The notes beneath the pieces were generated by a model. It did no database searches. It saw only the letters and a program-made list of their open reading frames with translations, and had not been told where the DNA came from. This document shows positions 15,731 to 24,456 of a stretch of 25,825 nucleotides of DNA, piece by piece. This DNA comes from a virus. Its lineage: Duplodnaviria; Heunggongvirae; Uroviricota; Caudoviricetes. Numbering within the stretch: position 1 is the stretch's first letter; every line of letters begins with the position of its first letter. A program made the translations under genes and the position numbers. The stretch is from positions 1 to 25,825 of IMG/VR virus record IMGVR_UViG_2537561935_000023, one strand, 5' to 3'.

Positions 15731-15947
15731 GTTAGAGTCTTTCAGTCTGCGATGATGGGAAATCCCGGAGTGACTGAAAGACGTTTAAGTTATGAATGAT
15801 CGCTTTTTTTTGCAAAATTGCTGTGCAGAAATACTAACCTTCGGGCAGGCGATCATTCATAAGCACTCTGCTTTTATTCCGATTAACTGTGGGTGGTTTG
15901 TTGGATAGAGTGCTTTCCTTACTGTATATATTGTTTCGCCCGCTTTT

Positions 15948-15972
15948 GCGGGCTTTTCTTTTCAAATCCCTT
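15948..15972 (+). terminator. Rho-independent terminator upstream of the holin-derived ORF
   Basis: GCCCGC-tttt-GCGGGC stem-loop followed by TTTTCTTTT. Confidence 0.55.
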
Positions 15973-16022
15973 TCATTTCTCAGTGTAAAACTACGCCATC
16001 CGTTATTTGCGGAGGTGAGGCT

Positions 16023-18185
16023 ATGAAATCCATGGACAAAATTTCAACGGGCATTGCCTATGGCACCTCCGCAGGCAGTGCTGGCTACTGGTTTTTACAG
16101 CTGCTCGATAAAGTCACGCCCTCACAGTGGGCAGCAATAGGTGTGCTGGGTATCCGCACCGGCGGGCGCGTGCTGGCGGTAAACAGCCAGACCCGGACGC
16201 TGACGCTCGACCGTGAAATCACGCTGCCATCTTCCGGCACCACGCTGATAAGCCTGGTTGACGGGCAGGGGAGTCCGGTCAGCGTGGAGGTTCAGTCCGT
16301 CACCGACGGCGTGAAGGTGAAAGTGAGCCGTGTTCCTGACGGCGTTGCTGAATACAGCGTATGGGGGCTGAAGCTGCCGACGCTGCGCCAGCGCCTGTTC
16401 CGCTGCGTGAGTATCCGTGAGAACGACGACGGCACGTATGCCATCACCGCCGTGCAGCATGTACCGGAAAAAGAGGCCATCGTGGATAACGGGGCGCACT
16501 TTGACGGCGACCAGAGCGGCACGGTAAATGGTGTCACGCCGCCAGCGGTGCAGCACCTGACCGCAGAAGTCACCGCAGACAGCGGGGAATACCAGGTGCT
16601 GGCCCGCTGGGACACGCCGAAGGTGGTGAAGGGCGTGAGCTTCCTGCTTCGCCTGACCGTGGCAGCGGATGACGGCCGTGAGCGGCTGGTCAGCACGGCC
16701 CGGACGACGGAAACCACTTACCGCTTCACACAACTGGCTCTGGGGAACTACAGGCTGACAGTCCGGGCAGTAAATGCGCGGGGGCAGCAGGGCGATCCGG
16801 CGTCGGTATCGTTCCGGATTGCCGCACCGGCAGCGCCGTCGCGGATTGAGCTGACGCCGGGCTATTTTCAGATAACCGCCACGCCGCATCTTGCGGTTTA
16901 TGACCCGACGGTACAGTTTGAGTTCTGGTTCTCGGAAAAACGGATTGCGGATATCAGGCAGGTTGAAACCAGCGCGCGTTATCTTGGTACGGCACTGTAC
17001 TGGATAGCCGCCAGTATCAATATCAAACCGGGCCATGATTATTATTTTTACGTTCGCAGTGTGAACACCGTTGGCAAATCGGCATTCGTGGAGGCTGTCG
17101 GTCAGCCGAGTGATGATGCATCAGGCTATCTGGATTTTTTCAAAGGCGAGATAGGGAAAACCCATCTGGCTCAGGAGCTGTGGACGCAGATTGATAACGG
17201 TCAGCTTGCGCCTGACCTGACTGAAATCAGGACGTCCATAACGGATGTCAGCAATGAAATAACACAGACCGTCAATAAGAAACTGGAAGACCAGAGTGCA
17301 GCGATCCAGCAGATACAGAAGGTTCAGGTTGATACAAATAATAACCTGAACAGCATGTGGGCAGTGAAGCTGCAGCAGATGCAGGACGGACGCCTTTATA
17401 TTGCGGGTATCGGTGCCGGTATTGAGAACACCCCTGACGGCATGCAGAGTCAGGTGCTGCTGGCAGCAGACAGGATTGCGATGATTAATCCTGCGAATGG
17501 CAACACAAAGCCGATGTTTGTTGGTCAGGGCGATCAGATATTCATGAATGAAGTGTTCCTGAAACGCCTGACGGCCCCCACCATTACCAGCGGCGGTAAT
17601 CCTCCGGCATTTTCCCTGACATCAGACGGGAGACTGACGGCGAAAAATGCGGATATCAGTGGCAGTGTGAATGCGAACTCAGGAACGCTCAACAATGTCA
17701 CGATTAACCAGAACTGTACGATTAAGGGCATGCTGGAGGCGACCCAGGTCAGAGGAGATTTCGTTAAAGCTGTATCAAAAGCCTTCCCGAAAAAAGTCGG
17801 TACGTGGGGTAACACGGAAACACCAAACGGTACGGTTACAGTAACCATCAGCGATGATCATAACTTTGACCGCCAGATTATTATTCCGCCCATTATTTTT
17901 AACGGTATAGCGTATGACGATCCGGGGAGCGGAAATAACCCAGGAGGCACGCGATACACGGGTTATGGTTTTGAAGTTCGCAAAAACGGCGTATTAATCG
18001 CATCCAGAGAAACTAAAGGGGCCATTCCCGGTAGTTACAGTGCAGTTATTGATATGCCGAGTGGCAGGGGAAGCGTCACTCTGGAGTTTAAGATTTTCCA
18101 GAAAGGCAATCAGGGGGCAGGCAATATCACCGACTGTACGGTGATTGTGACCAAAAAAGCGGCTTCCGGCATCAGTATTCGTTGA
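16023..18185 (+). CDS. Chimeric ORF: N-terminal about 43 aa of a phage 21-type pinholin fused in frame to the C-terminal about 677 aa of a lambda J-type host-specificity protein (deletion remnant)
   Basis: N-terminus [43 protein letters not shown] matches the S21 pinholin N-terminus as recalled; from about nt 16152 the protein is collinear with the lambda J C-terminal half (e.g. ...[40 protein letters not shown]...); GGAGGTGAGG SD. Confidence 0.8.
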   Translation: MKSMDKISTGIAYGTSAGSAGYWFLQLLDKVTPSQWAAIGVLGIRTGGRVLAVNSQTRTLTLDREITLPSSGTTLISLVDGQGSPVSVEVQSVTDGVKVKVSRVPDGVAEYSVWGLKLPTLRQRLFRCVSIRENDDGTYAITAVQHVPEKEAIVDNGAHFDGDQSGTVNGVTPPAVQHLTAEVTADSGEYQVLARWDTPKVVKGVSFLLRLTVAADDGRERLVSTARTTETTYRFTQLALGNYRLTVRAVNARGQQGDPASVSFRIAAPAAPSRIELTPGYFQITATPHLAVYDPTVQFEFWFSEKRIADIRQVETSARYLGTALYWIAASINIKPGHDYYFYVRSVNTVGKSAFVEAVGQPSDDASGYLDFFKGEIGKTHLAQELWTQIDNGQLAPDLTEIRTSITDVSNEITQTVNKKLEDQSAAIQQIQKVQVDTNNNLNSMWAVKLQQMQDGRLYIAGIGAGIENTPDGMQSQVLLAADRIAMINPANGNTKPMFVGQGDQIFMNEVFLKRLTAPTITSGGNPPAFSLTSDGRLTAKNADISGSVNANSGTLNNVTINQNCTIKGMLEATQVRGDFVKAVSKAFPKKVGTWGNTETPNGTVTVTISDDHNFDRQIIIPPIIFNGIAYDDPGSGNNPGGTRYTGYGFEVRKNGVLIASRETKGAIPGSYSAVIDMPSGRGSVTLEFKIFQKGNQGAGNITDCTVIVTKKAASGISIR

Positions 18186-18255
18186 AATATTTATAACCCC
18201 AATAAAGGGCGTCAGGAATGACGCCTTTTTTATTGCAGAAAAGCGAGAGGTAATT

Positions 18256-18651
18256 ATGCGTAAAGTTTGTGCAGCAATTTTGTCCGCAGCCATTTGTCTG
18301 GCCGTATCCGGTGCGCCTGCATGGGCGTCTGAACATCAGTCCACGCTGAGCGCGGGGTATCTTCATGCCCGGACCAACGTTCCCGGCAGTGATGATCTGA
18401 ACGGGATTAACGTGAAATATCGTTATGAGTTTACGGATACGCTGGGGCTGGTGACGTCATTCAGCTATGCAGGAGACAAGAATCGCCAGCTGACCCGTTA
18501 CAGCGATACCCGCTGGCATGAAGATTCCGTGCGTAACCGCTGGTTCAGCGTGATGGCGGGGCCGTCTGTGCGCGTGAATGAATGGTTCAGCGCGTATGCG
18601 ATGGTACTGGTGGAAGAACTATCGAGCAAGCACGTGCGAACTTGCGGGTAA
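18256..18651 (+). pseudogene. lom: 3'-truncated lom (Lom/Ail/PagC-family outer-membrane protein) remnant
   Basis: Signal peptide plus about 115 aa collinear with lambda Lom up to ...SAYAM (nt about 18603); the frame then runs into unrelated tail-fibre-derived sequence and stops. Confidence 0.75.
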
Positions 18652-20357
18652 TGTATGAGCAAAAAGCTGGCCTTGCTAATACTGACCTAAACACCCTTAC
18701 CGGTGAATATTCTGGTTTCTATCAACAACCAACGAGCGCTTACGCAACAGAAGAGTTAAATTACCCAATCGGTCTGGCGGGCGCTTTAATAGTGCTCCAA
18801 ACGAGAGCCAACACTGCTTCTTCCTGCGTTCAGGTGTACCACCCTTATAATAATCCGGGAATTACTTATAGACGAATATATGAAGGAGGTAGCGGTACCT
18901 GGTCTGAATGGAAGAGAGATGTATCAACAGAAAGGGTTGAAGAGGGAAAAGAAACAACTTACGTATATTCTACGTATTCTTCAGGCGCACCACGCTTACA
19001 GGTTTCCAAATCTGGTTTGTGGGGTTGTCATAATGGCACTGGCTGGTTGCCATTAGCTGTTGGGCAAGGAGGTACAGGTGCGACAACAGTAGAAGATGCG
19101 CGAAACAACTTAAGTCTTGGCGAAAGTAGCGCAGTTAAATTTAAAAACCTTACTTTAACCGAAGCGCTCGACACGACATTAGGACTGCTTACAAAAACAG
19201 GACGAGACTGGAACGCTCAGCATACTGATAACGTCGACAAATTTAGACCAATTGCAGGCAGTACAAACGGCCCGGCAGGCTCTATGGTTCTTGGCGGCAT
19301 TCATGTTCAATTTAGTAAAAATTATGCTGTGCAGTTCGGAGGCCGCAATTCCGGTTTTTGGGGAAGAACAATTGAAAATGGAACGACGCAGGAATGGAAG
19401 AAATTACTAACAGTAGACGATCTCAATTCATCTACCGATCTTGCTGTCAGGTCATTAACCACATCTAACCCGATAAAATCTGGCGGAGGGCGGATTGATG
19501 TCCTTGGAAGCACGTCAGACTATAGCAAAATGGATTGCTTTGTACGTGGGTTTGATAGCACCGGTAATTCTCTCGCGTGGGCGTTGGGTTCATCAGTCGG
19601 CGTAAGTAAGATGCTGTCGCTAAAAAATTTCTTTAGCGGAGCTGAGATACTGCTAAATGGTAATGACGGCGCGGTTCAACTCAAAACAGGTGCTGTTAAC
19701 GGTGCTAAAGCGCAGGCGCTCACTATCAACAAGGATGAGGTTAACTCAACTGTTGATTTAACTCTTACAAAACAAACAGGGACTGGCAATCGTTTTGTTT
19801 TACAGAACTTAGGTAATACAGAACTACCATTTGCTGTCAAGGTGTGGGGTTCAGGTGATCGACAAAACGTTTTTGAGGTTGGAACGTCTGCCGCGTATCT
19901 GTTTTATGCTCAAAAAACATCGTCAGGTCAGCTGTTTGATGTAAACGGTGCTATTAACTGTACAACACTGAATCAGTTATCAGACCGCGAGCTGAAAGAC
20001 AATATTCAGATTATCAGTGACGCAACCGAAGCTATCCGTAAAATGAACGGGTACACCTACACACTTAAGGAAAACGGACTGCCTTACGCTGGTGTTATTG
20101 CACAGGAAGCAATGGAGGCAATACCGGAAGCGGTAGGCTCATTCACTCATTACGGTAAAGAGTTGCAGGGACCAACGGTTGACGGCAATGAATTACGTGA
20201 AGAAACACGTTATCTGAATGTTGACTACGCCGCCGTGACGGGCTTACTTGTTCAGGTCGCCCGTGAAACAGATGATCGCGTTACCGCGCTGGAAGAAGAA
20301 AACGCAGAATTAAAACAAAGATTATCTGCAATTGAGGCGGCGCTTGCCTCTAAATAA
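18604..20357 (+). pseudogene. 5'-truncated side tail fibre gene with C-terminal intramolecular-chaperone (S74-type) domain
   Basis: Tail-fibre motifs GGTGATTVEDARNNL and TIEQARANL; C-terminal ...SDRELKDNIQ...MNGYTYTLKENG...VIAQEA...LEEENAELKQRLSAIEAALASK typical of auto-cleaving chaperone domains; no native start, and the only ATG (18582) lies in lom-derived sequence. Confidence 0.7.
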
Positions 20358-20361
20358 TATT

Positions 20362-20386
20362 AAGGGGCTGTGCGCCCCGTTTTATT
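20362..20386 (+). terminator. Rho-independent terminator after the tail fibre remnant
   Basis: GGGGC-tgtgc-GCCCC followed by GTTTTATT. Confidence 0.55.
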
Positions 20387-20393
20387 GGGTAGG

Positions 20394-20687
20394 ATGAAAA
20401 TGGGTATAACACCTTTCCTTCATGCACTTTGTGCTGTGGCTGCGCAGATACTGGTGGGGCTTTTTACCGGAAACTGGGTTTACGGAGCGATAGCCAGTTG
20501 TACGTTCTTCATTGCGGGCGAACACACCCAAGCATAATATCGCTGGATTGAAATGTTCGGGCATGGCAAGCGGATTAACATGCCGTGGTGGGGCGGTTTT
20601 GATCCACGCGCATGGGATGTGGCAAGCCTGATGGATTTTGCTGTGCCGATGGTAGCGTGTCTTCTGATCTGGCTGTTGATCCGTTGA
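20394..20687 (+). pseudogene. Small hydrophobic protein gene interrupted by an in-frame TAA (about 45 + 50 codons)
   Basis: MKMGITPFLHALCAVAAQILVGLFTGNWVYGAIASCTFFIAGEHTQA-stop-YRWIEMFGHGKRINMPWWGGFDPRAWDVASLMDFAVPMVACLLIWLLIR; both halves share one frame and hydrophobic character. Confidence 0.45.
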
Positions 20688-20696
20688 ACATAAAAA

Positions 20697-20730
20697 GCCG
20701 CAGCAACTTGCCATGGCAGGATACTGCGGC
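20697..20730. terminator. Hairpin between the convergent pseudogene (+) and RT gene (-); likely terminator for the RT operon
   Basis: GCCGCAG ... CTGCGGC 7-bp stem enclosing the palindrome TGCCATGGCA; on the minus strand it is followed by TTTTTA. Confidence 0.45.
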
Positions 20731-20794
20731 TGGTTTGTGAGTTTAAATAGTGTGTTTATTGCGATATATTTTAATGACTTAATGGATTACATAT

Positions 20795-22165
20795 CTATGA
20801 TATTCCTGAAATATCCTCTTCAAGCTCTTTTACTGATTTCGCAATTTTAAATTTAAACTTCCTCTCTATTTCACTATTGCTAAGTTTTTTTTCCTTCTCT
20901 TTACCTATCCACATAGAAACAAGTTCTCGTTTCTGAGATATATGTAGATTGTCAAAGTTAGGTATGTATTTAAAAGTCTCCGCTCTACCTCTGCGGAGTT
21001 CATAGAAAGTTTTAATCAAAGATTTTGGTTTTATTTCTGATGAAAGGCCGAATCGGCGGATAAGATTATTGATAGTATGATTAACAGAGCGAAGTTGAGC
21101 TGTTGAGGTTATTTGTGAGAAGTACGATACCCATCCCAATCGTTTACCTTCAAACACACATCCCGTAATTCTGAGATTTAGTTTCCACTGACAATATGCA
21201 ACAGCTCGTTCTTTATCACGCTTACTTTTAGCTTGTAGTAGAGCGTGCCTATATGCAGTAAAAATTTTTGCTAAGGATGACTCAAATCTAAGAATGCTCT
21301 CATGTTTTATCAATAATTCTCGATTTTCTATGTGGTATCCCAAAAAGTTAAAACTTTCATCCAAACTGCCTACTTTGGATTTTGAGTTCTCTTCATTTAA
21401 TGGATGTGGGTTTAAATTTAATGATTGAAGCTTATCAATGATATGAGAAGCTATTTTTGTTGCTTGATATTTTGGTGTTAAAATAAGAATGTCATCAACG
21501 TATCGCATGTACCATATGTCATGCATTTTATTGATTTCATCATCGAAATTAGATAGTGATATTTCAGCTAAAATGTTTGATATCGCTAATCCCTGAGGTA
21601 CTCCTCTGGTATTATTAGGGATACCTTTGCTTCCTGTGGTTCCACTTACAGTAGGCACGATTAATGATGATGTTATTAACTGTCTAATTTCTTTTTTTCT
21701 AATTTTATTTTTTATTGCATTAATTATCAATTTATGTTCAATTGAAGGATAGAAACTTTTAAGATCTATTTTTGCATATTCAGCATATAGACTGTTGTTT
21801 AATGCTTCTTTCAATGAGTCAATTACTGTATGTGGTAGTTTTAATCTGGACTTAGGATATATTTCCGTAAGGCATTCACAGAGAGCTCTAAGAGTAATTC
21901 TGTCCCTAGCAGTTGGTATGGAAATCTGTCTGGGTGTAGAGTTAGCGCCTTTAGATATTAATTTTTCTTTATATGCTGTAAATTTGTAATTGCCAGAATT
22001 AACCTTTTCAAAAATGAAAGTGATCTCATTTTTTATTGTCAAATCAAGTTTTGATGGGCGAATCCGATCTATGCCAATCGCTCCTGATTCTTTGATTTTT
22101 TCAGAGTATACTTTTAGAAGATTTTTTTTCGAGAATGACTTTTTAAAAATTCTGCTTGCAGTCAT
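20795..22165 (-). CDS. Reverse transcriptase (456 aa), defence-type/retron-like, with about 200-aa C-terminal extension
   Basis: RT motifs read directly: R.ISIPTARDRITLRAL (motifs 1-2), KIDLKSFYPSIEH (motif A), GVPQGLAISNILAEI (motif B'), YMRYVDDILIL (YxDD motif C), LNLNPHPLNEENSKSKVG...FLGYHI (motif D/E); AT-rich; first ATG at 22163-22165 (ORF-track start 22171 is TTG); 23-nt overlap with the upstream gene. Confidence 0.85.
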   Translation of the reverse strand: MTASRIFKKSFSKKNLLKVYSEKIKESGAIGIDRIRPSKLDLTIKNEITFIFEKVNSGNYKFTAYKEKLISKGANSTPRQISIPTARDRITLRALCECLTEIYPKSRLKLPHTVIDSLKEALNNSLYAEYAKIDLKSFYPSIEHKLIINAIKNKIRKKEIRQLITSSLIVPTVSGTTGSKGIPNNTRGVPQGLAISNILAEISLSNFDDEINKMHDIWYMRYVDDILILTPKYQATKIASHIIDKLQSLNLNPHPLNEENSKSKVGSLDESFNFLGYHIENRELLIKHESILRFESSLAKIFTAYRHALLQAKSKRDKERAVAYCQWKLNLRITGCVFEGKRLGWVSYFSQITSTAQLRSVNHTINNLIRRFGLSSEIKPKSLIKTFYELRRGRAETFKYIPNFDNLHISQKRELVSMWIGKEKEKKLSNSEIERKFKFKIAKSVKELEEDISGIS

Positions 22166-22694
22166 AGTCAATCCAAAGATATATTAATGGGAGTATATAA
22201 AGTGCGGCAGTAATAAATATTCGAAGTAATATCCATAAAATAACAATTATTTTTTCTTTTTGTGTGGGGATCCTCGTCTTAAGTCCAACTTGAGTTACCC
22301 TTGAAATTTTATCATCTATGTCACGGTGATTCTCAACCTCATTGAGCAAATTAAAATATTTTTCTTTCTGTTCAAGAGATAACTGTTGACTGGTGGTAAT
22401 GTCAAAATAGAGTCGCTGTAGTGCAATATAATTCCTTCTCATGGCTATTGCTCGACCACGAAAATCTAGGTTAGATACGATCAGAGAAATACCCAGTAGA
22501 GCCACTGAAAGTATCGCCGCAACGACATCTGTATTATCTCCTAGAACCTTTGGAAATCGCAACGTTACAATTGAAAGTACCGCACTCAATATAGCATACC
22601 AAACGAGGATAAATTGAGAGTGTTTTTCAAGCCATTCTAGTCGATGGTGCGCTTGGATACGTGCTTTATATGTAAACCAAATATTGTCATGCAT
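22143..22694 (-). CDS. Small membrane protein (183 aa), SLATT-like, with an N-terminal two-helix hairpin and a C-terminal TM segment; putative effector partner of the RT
   Basis: Hydrophobic helices FILVWYAILSAVLSIVTL, VVAAILSVALLGISLIVSNL and IIVILWILLRIFITAALYILPLIYLWI; AGGA SD 7 nt upstream of ATG; 3' end overlaps RT start; SLATT assignment is inference from topology and context. Confidence 0.7.
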   Translation of the reverse strand: MHDNIWFTYKARIQAHHRLEWLEKHSQFILVWYAILSAVLSIVTLRFPKVLGDNTDVVAAILSVALLGISLIVSNLDFRGRAIAMRRNYIALQRLYFDITTSQQLSLEQKEKYFNLLNEVENHRDIDDKISRVTQVGLKTRIPTQKEKIIVILWILLRIFITAALYILPLIYLWIDYDCKQNF

Positions 22695-22699
22695 AAAAG

Positions 22700-22900
22700 A
22701 TCCTTTTTAAAAGCGGAAGGGGCAGGATATATTGGAACCGTTGAACATCCTGCCCGGCAGGATCAGTGAGCATAAGCTCAACAGTAAAATATTACTGTTC
22801 ATTATCAGAGCCGCCCTTGCATGCGCAAGAGGAAAAACCTGCCCCATCCCTTTGAATTATTACAATTTAATGATCTTAAAGTCAATACAAGTGAATGGTG
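22700..22900 (-). ncRNA. Candidate structured non-coding RNA/leader upstream of the SLATT-RT operon
   Basis: No ORF; dense nested inverted repeats: GGGCAGGAT (22720-22728) / ATCCTGCCC (22747-22755) / GGCAGGAT (22757-22764), GGGGCAGG (22719-22726) vs CCTGCCCC (22838-22845), ACAGTA-aaatat-TACTGT (22781-22798), CTTGC-atgc-GCAAG (22816-22829). Confidence 0.3.
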
Positions 22901-22916
22901 TCCAGAGATGATGAAC

Positions 22917-23165
22917 TTAATGAACAAACCACTCGTCAGCAGACTCCCAGGTATCTTTCAGAGTCTCCTGAACAAAAGTTTTAGCTGAATCTTTATCAGC
23001 GGTGCGCGTAACAGAAAGGCCATCGTTGCTGGTGGCTTTTACGATCACTTCTACATCGTCATAACGTTTACTGATGCGTCGGGTTAATTCTTCCTTTAAC
23101 GCATCCACAGCACCGGTTGGCATTTTAGTCATTTTTTCTTTGGCTATGCAGATTTCAATACGCAT
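22917..23165 (-). CDS. dinI: DinI-family SOS protein (82 aa)
   Basis: MRIEICIAK...AVDAL..EL.RRI...LSV......D......[15 protein letters not shown] collinear with E. coli DinI as recalled; GGGGA SD. Confidence 0.85.
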   Translation of the reverse strand: MRIEICIAKEKMTKMPTGAVDALKEELTRRISKRYDDVEVIVKATSNDGLSVTRTADKDSAKTFVQETLKDTWESADEWFVH

Positions 23166-23177
23166 AAAAGTCCCCTA

Positions 23178-23225
23178 CACTGTATTTGTATACAGTATTA
23201 TTTTTAACTGTATGGATAAACAGTG
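23178..23225 (-). promoter_or_regulatory. Two tandem LexA (SOS) boxes in the dinI-like promoter
   Basis: Box 1 at 23178-23197 caCTGTatttgtatACAGta (17 of 20 to consensus TACTGTATATATATACAGTA); box 2 at 23206-23225 aaCTGTatggataaACAGtg (CTGT-N8-ACAG). Confidence 0.75.
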
Positions 23226-24323
23226 TCAAGAGGTCTTATTTCTGCTCCTTTGGAGTTCTTCAAAACGATTATGTAAAGATTTCGGATACAGTTCGGTATA
23301 TACCTGCCATAGCACGTTTAATGAACGATGCCCTGTAACCTGAGCGACTTCCTCAATACTAAAACCAGCCTCAAATAAGCGACTTGCCCCTTCTCTACGC
23401 AAATCATGGTATCTCAGATCTTTAATACCTAATTTGCTTCTTACCCTCTGAAATCCTGCGGTAACAGAAGTGCTGTTATATGGAAAAATGAATTCTGATT
23501 TTTTGGGTTGTCGCTGGACGATATCCCAGGCTTCCCCAAGCAAGGCAACTTTCATATGGTTGCCTTCCTTTTTACGTGGATCTTTCCTGTCTCTTACTAG
23601 TATAGATTTTTGTTCCTGGTCGAGATCTTCCCATCGTAACCGGCATACTTCTCCGATTCGCATACAGGACCACACAGAAAATTTGAGGATATCAACGAAC
23701 GGAATTTTTGAGCATTTATGAGTAGATCGTTGTTGAAGGCCTTCAATGAGCATGTTCAGTTCATCAGATGCTGGTCTACGATTACGACGGTTTGATTTAC
23801 CAATCAAACCGAGTTTAAGTAGATATGGACGAGCGCTTTTCGCCGGGTTTGATGTGTAATTGATTCCGTATACAGGTTTTGCCGCATCCAGAACACTGCC
23901 AAGATAACTAACATCGTGGCTGACTGTTGCTGGGCCTGCACCAGCGTTGTTTCTTAGCCTGCAATGTTCAATTACGTCATTTTCTGTCAGTTCAGATAGT
24001 TTGATCGCGGAGATGTCACTATCCATAAGCAGTTCCAGCACATATCTTTTAGTACGGCCTGCTTTACCTCCGGCATTTGGGTCATTTAAATATTTGTGTA
24101 GTAAGTCACGGACTGTAAGTCCGTCAACAGCATTTGATGATGGAATGCCATATAGATCTAATTCCATCACTTTCTGTGCGCCCCATGTTTTGGCATGAGC
24201 ATGTTTAGGGAATGTTTTGCTTTCCCTGTAAGTGATAACACCTTTTTCTTTGATAATCACATTACAGCGATAGCGTGGTGTGCCATCGGATTTTAGTCGT
24301 TTCTCTATGTTATAGTACGCCAT
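23226..24323 (-). CDS. int: Tyrosine integrase (365 aa) adjacent to and divergent from dusA: dusA-associated integrase type
   Basis: C-terminal tyrosine-recombinase motifs (...RYHDLRREGASRL...VTGHRSL..L.VY); GAGG SD; 5' end about 90 bp from the dusA reading frame. Confidence 0.85.
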   Translation of the reverse strand: MAYYNIEKRLKSDGTPRYRCNVIIKEKGVITYRESKTFPKHAHAKTWGAQKVMELDLYGIPSSNAVDGLTVRDLLHKYLNDPNAGGKAGRTKRYVLELLMDSDISAIKLSELTENDVIEHCRLRNNAGAGPATVSHDVSYLGSVLDAAKPVYGINYTSNPAKSARPYLLKLGLIGKSNRRNRRPASDELNMLIEGLQQRSTHKCSKIPFVDILKFSVWSCMRIGEVCRLRWEDLDQEQKSILVRDRKDPRKKEGNHMKVALLGEAWDIVQRQPKKSEFIFPYNSTSVTAGFQRVRSKLGIKDLRYHDLRREGASRLFEAGFSIEEVAQVTGHRSLNVLWQVYTELYPKSLHNRFEELQRSRNKTS

Positions 24324-24456
24324 TACACGACCTCGTTATTTCGGGTTCCCATAAAGCGTGGGAACCTGTGCGGGAACCTAACGCGAGAAAAATAGCCTGA
24401 AATGTTCAAAAATGCACGATAATCCTGAAACACAGAAAACTAATCAAACCAGCGTG

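Noticed and set aside
15915-15935. Possible LexA box (ACTGTATATAT...)
   Set aside because: Only the CTGT half-site is present; no ACAG partner at N8 spacing.
16122-17036. Minus-strand ORFs of 304 and 141 aa within the J-derived gene
   Set aside because: Antisense ORFs in GC-rich coding DNA; Arg/Pro-rich translation; no start context.
20382-20714. Minus-strand 110-aa ORF
   Set aside because: Opposite strand of the interrupted small membrane-protein gene, whose plus-strand reading has coherent hydrophobic character; minus-strand translation is His/Cys/Pro-rich with no SD.
22781-22798. Possible LexA box in the RT leader (ACAGTA-aaatat-TACTGT)
   Set aside because: Half-sites are in reversed order (ACAG...CTGT rather than CTGT...ACAG); treated as a plain hairpin.
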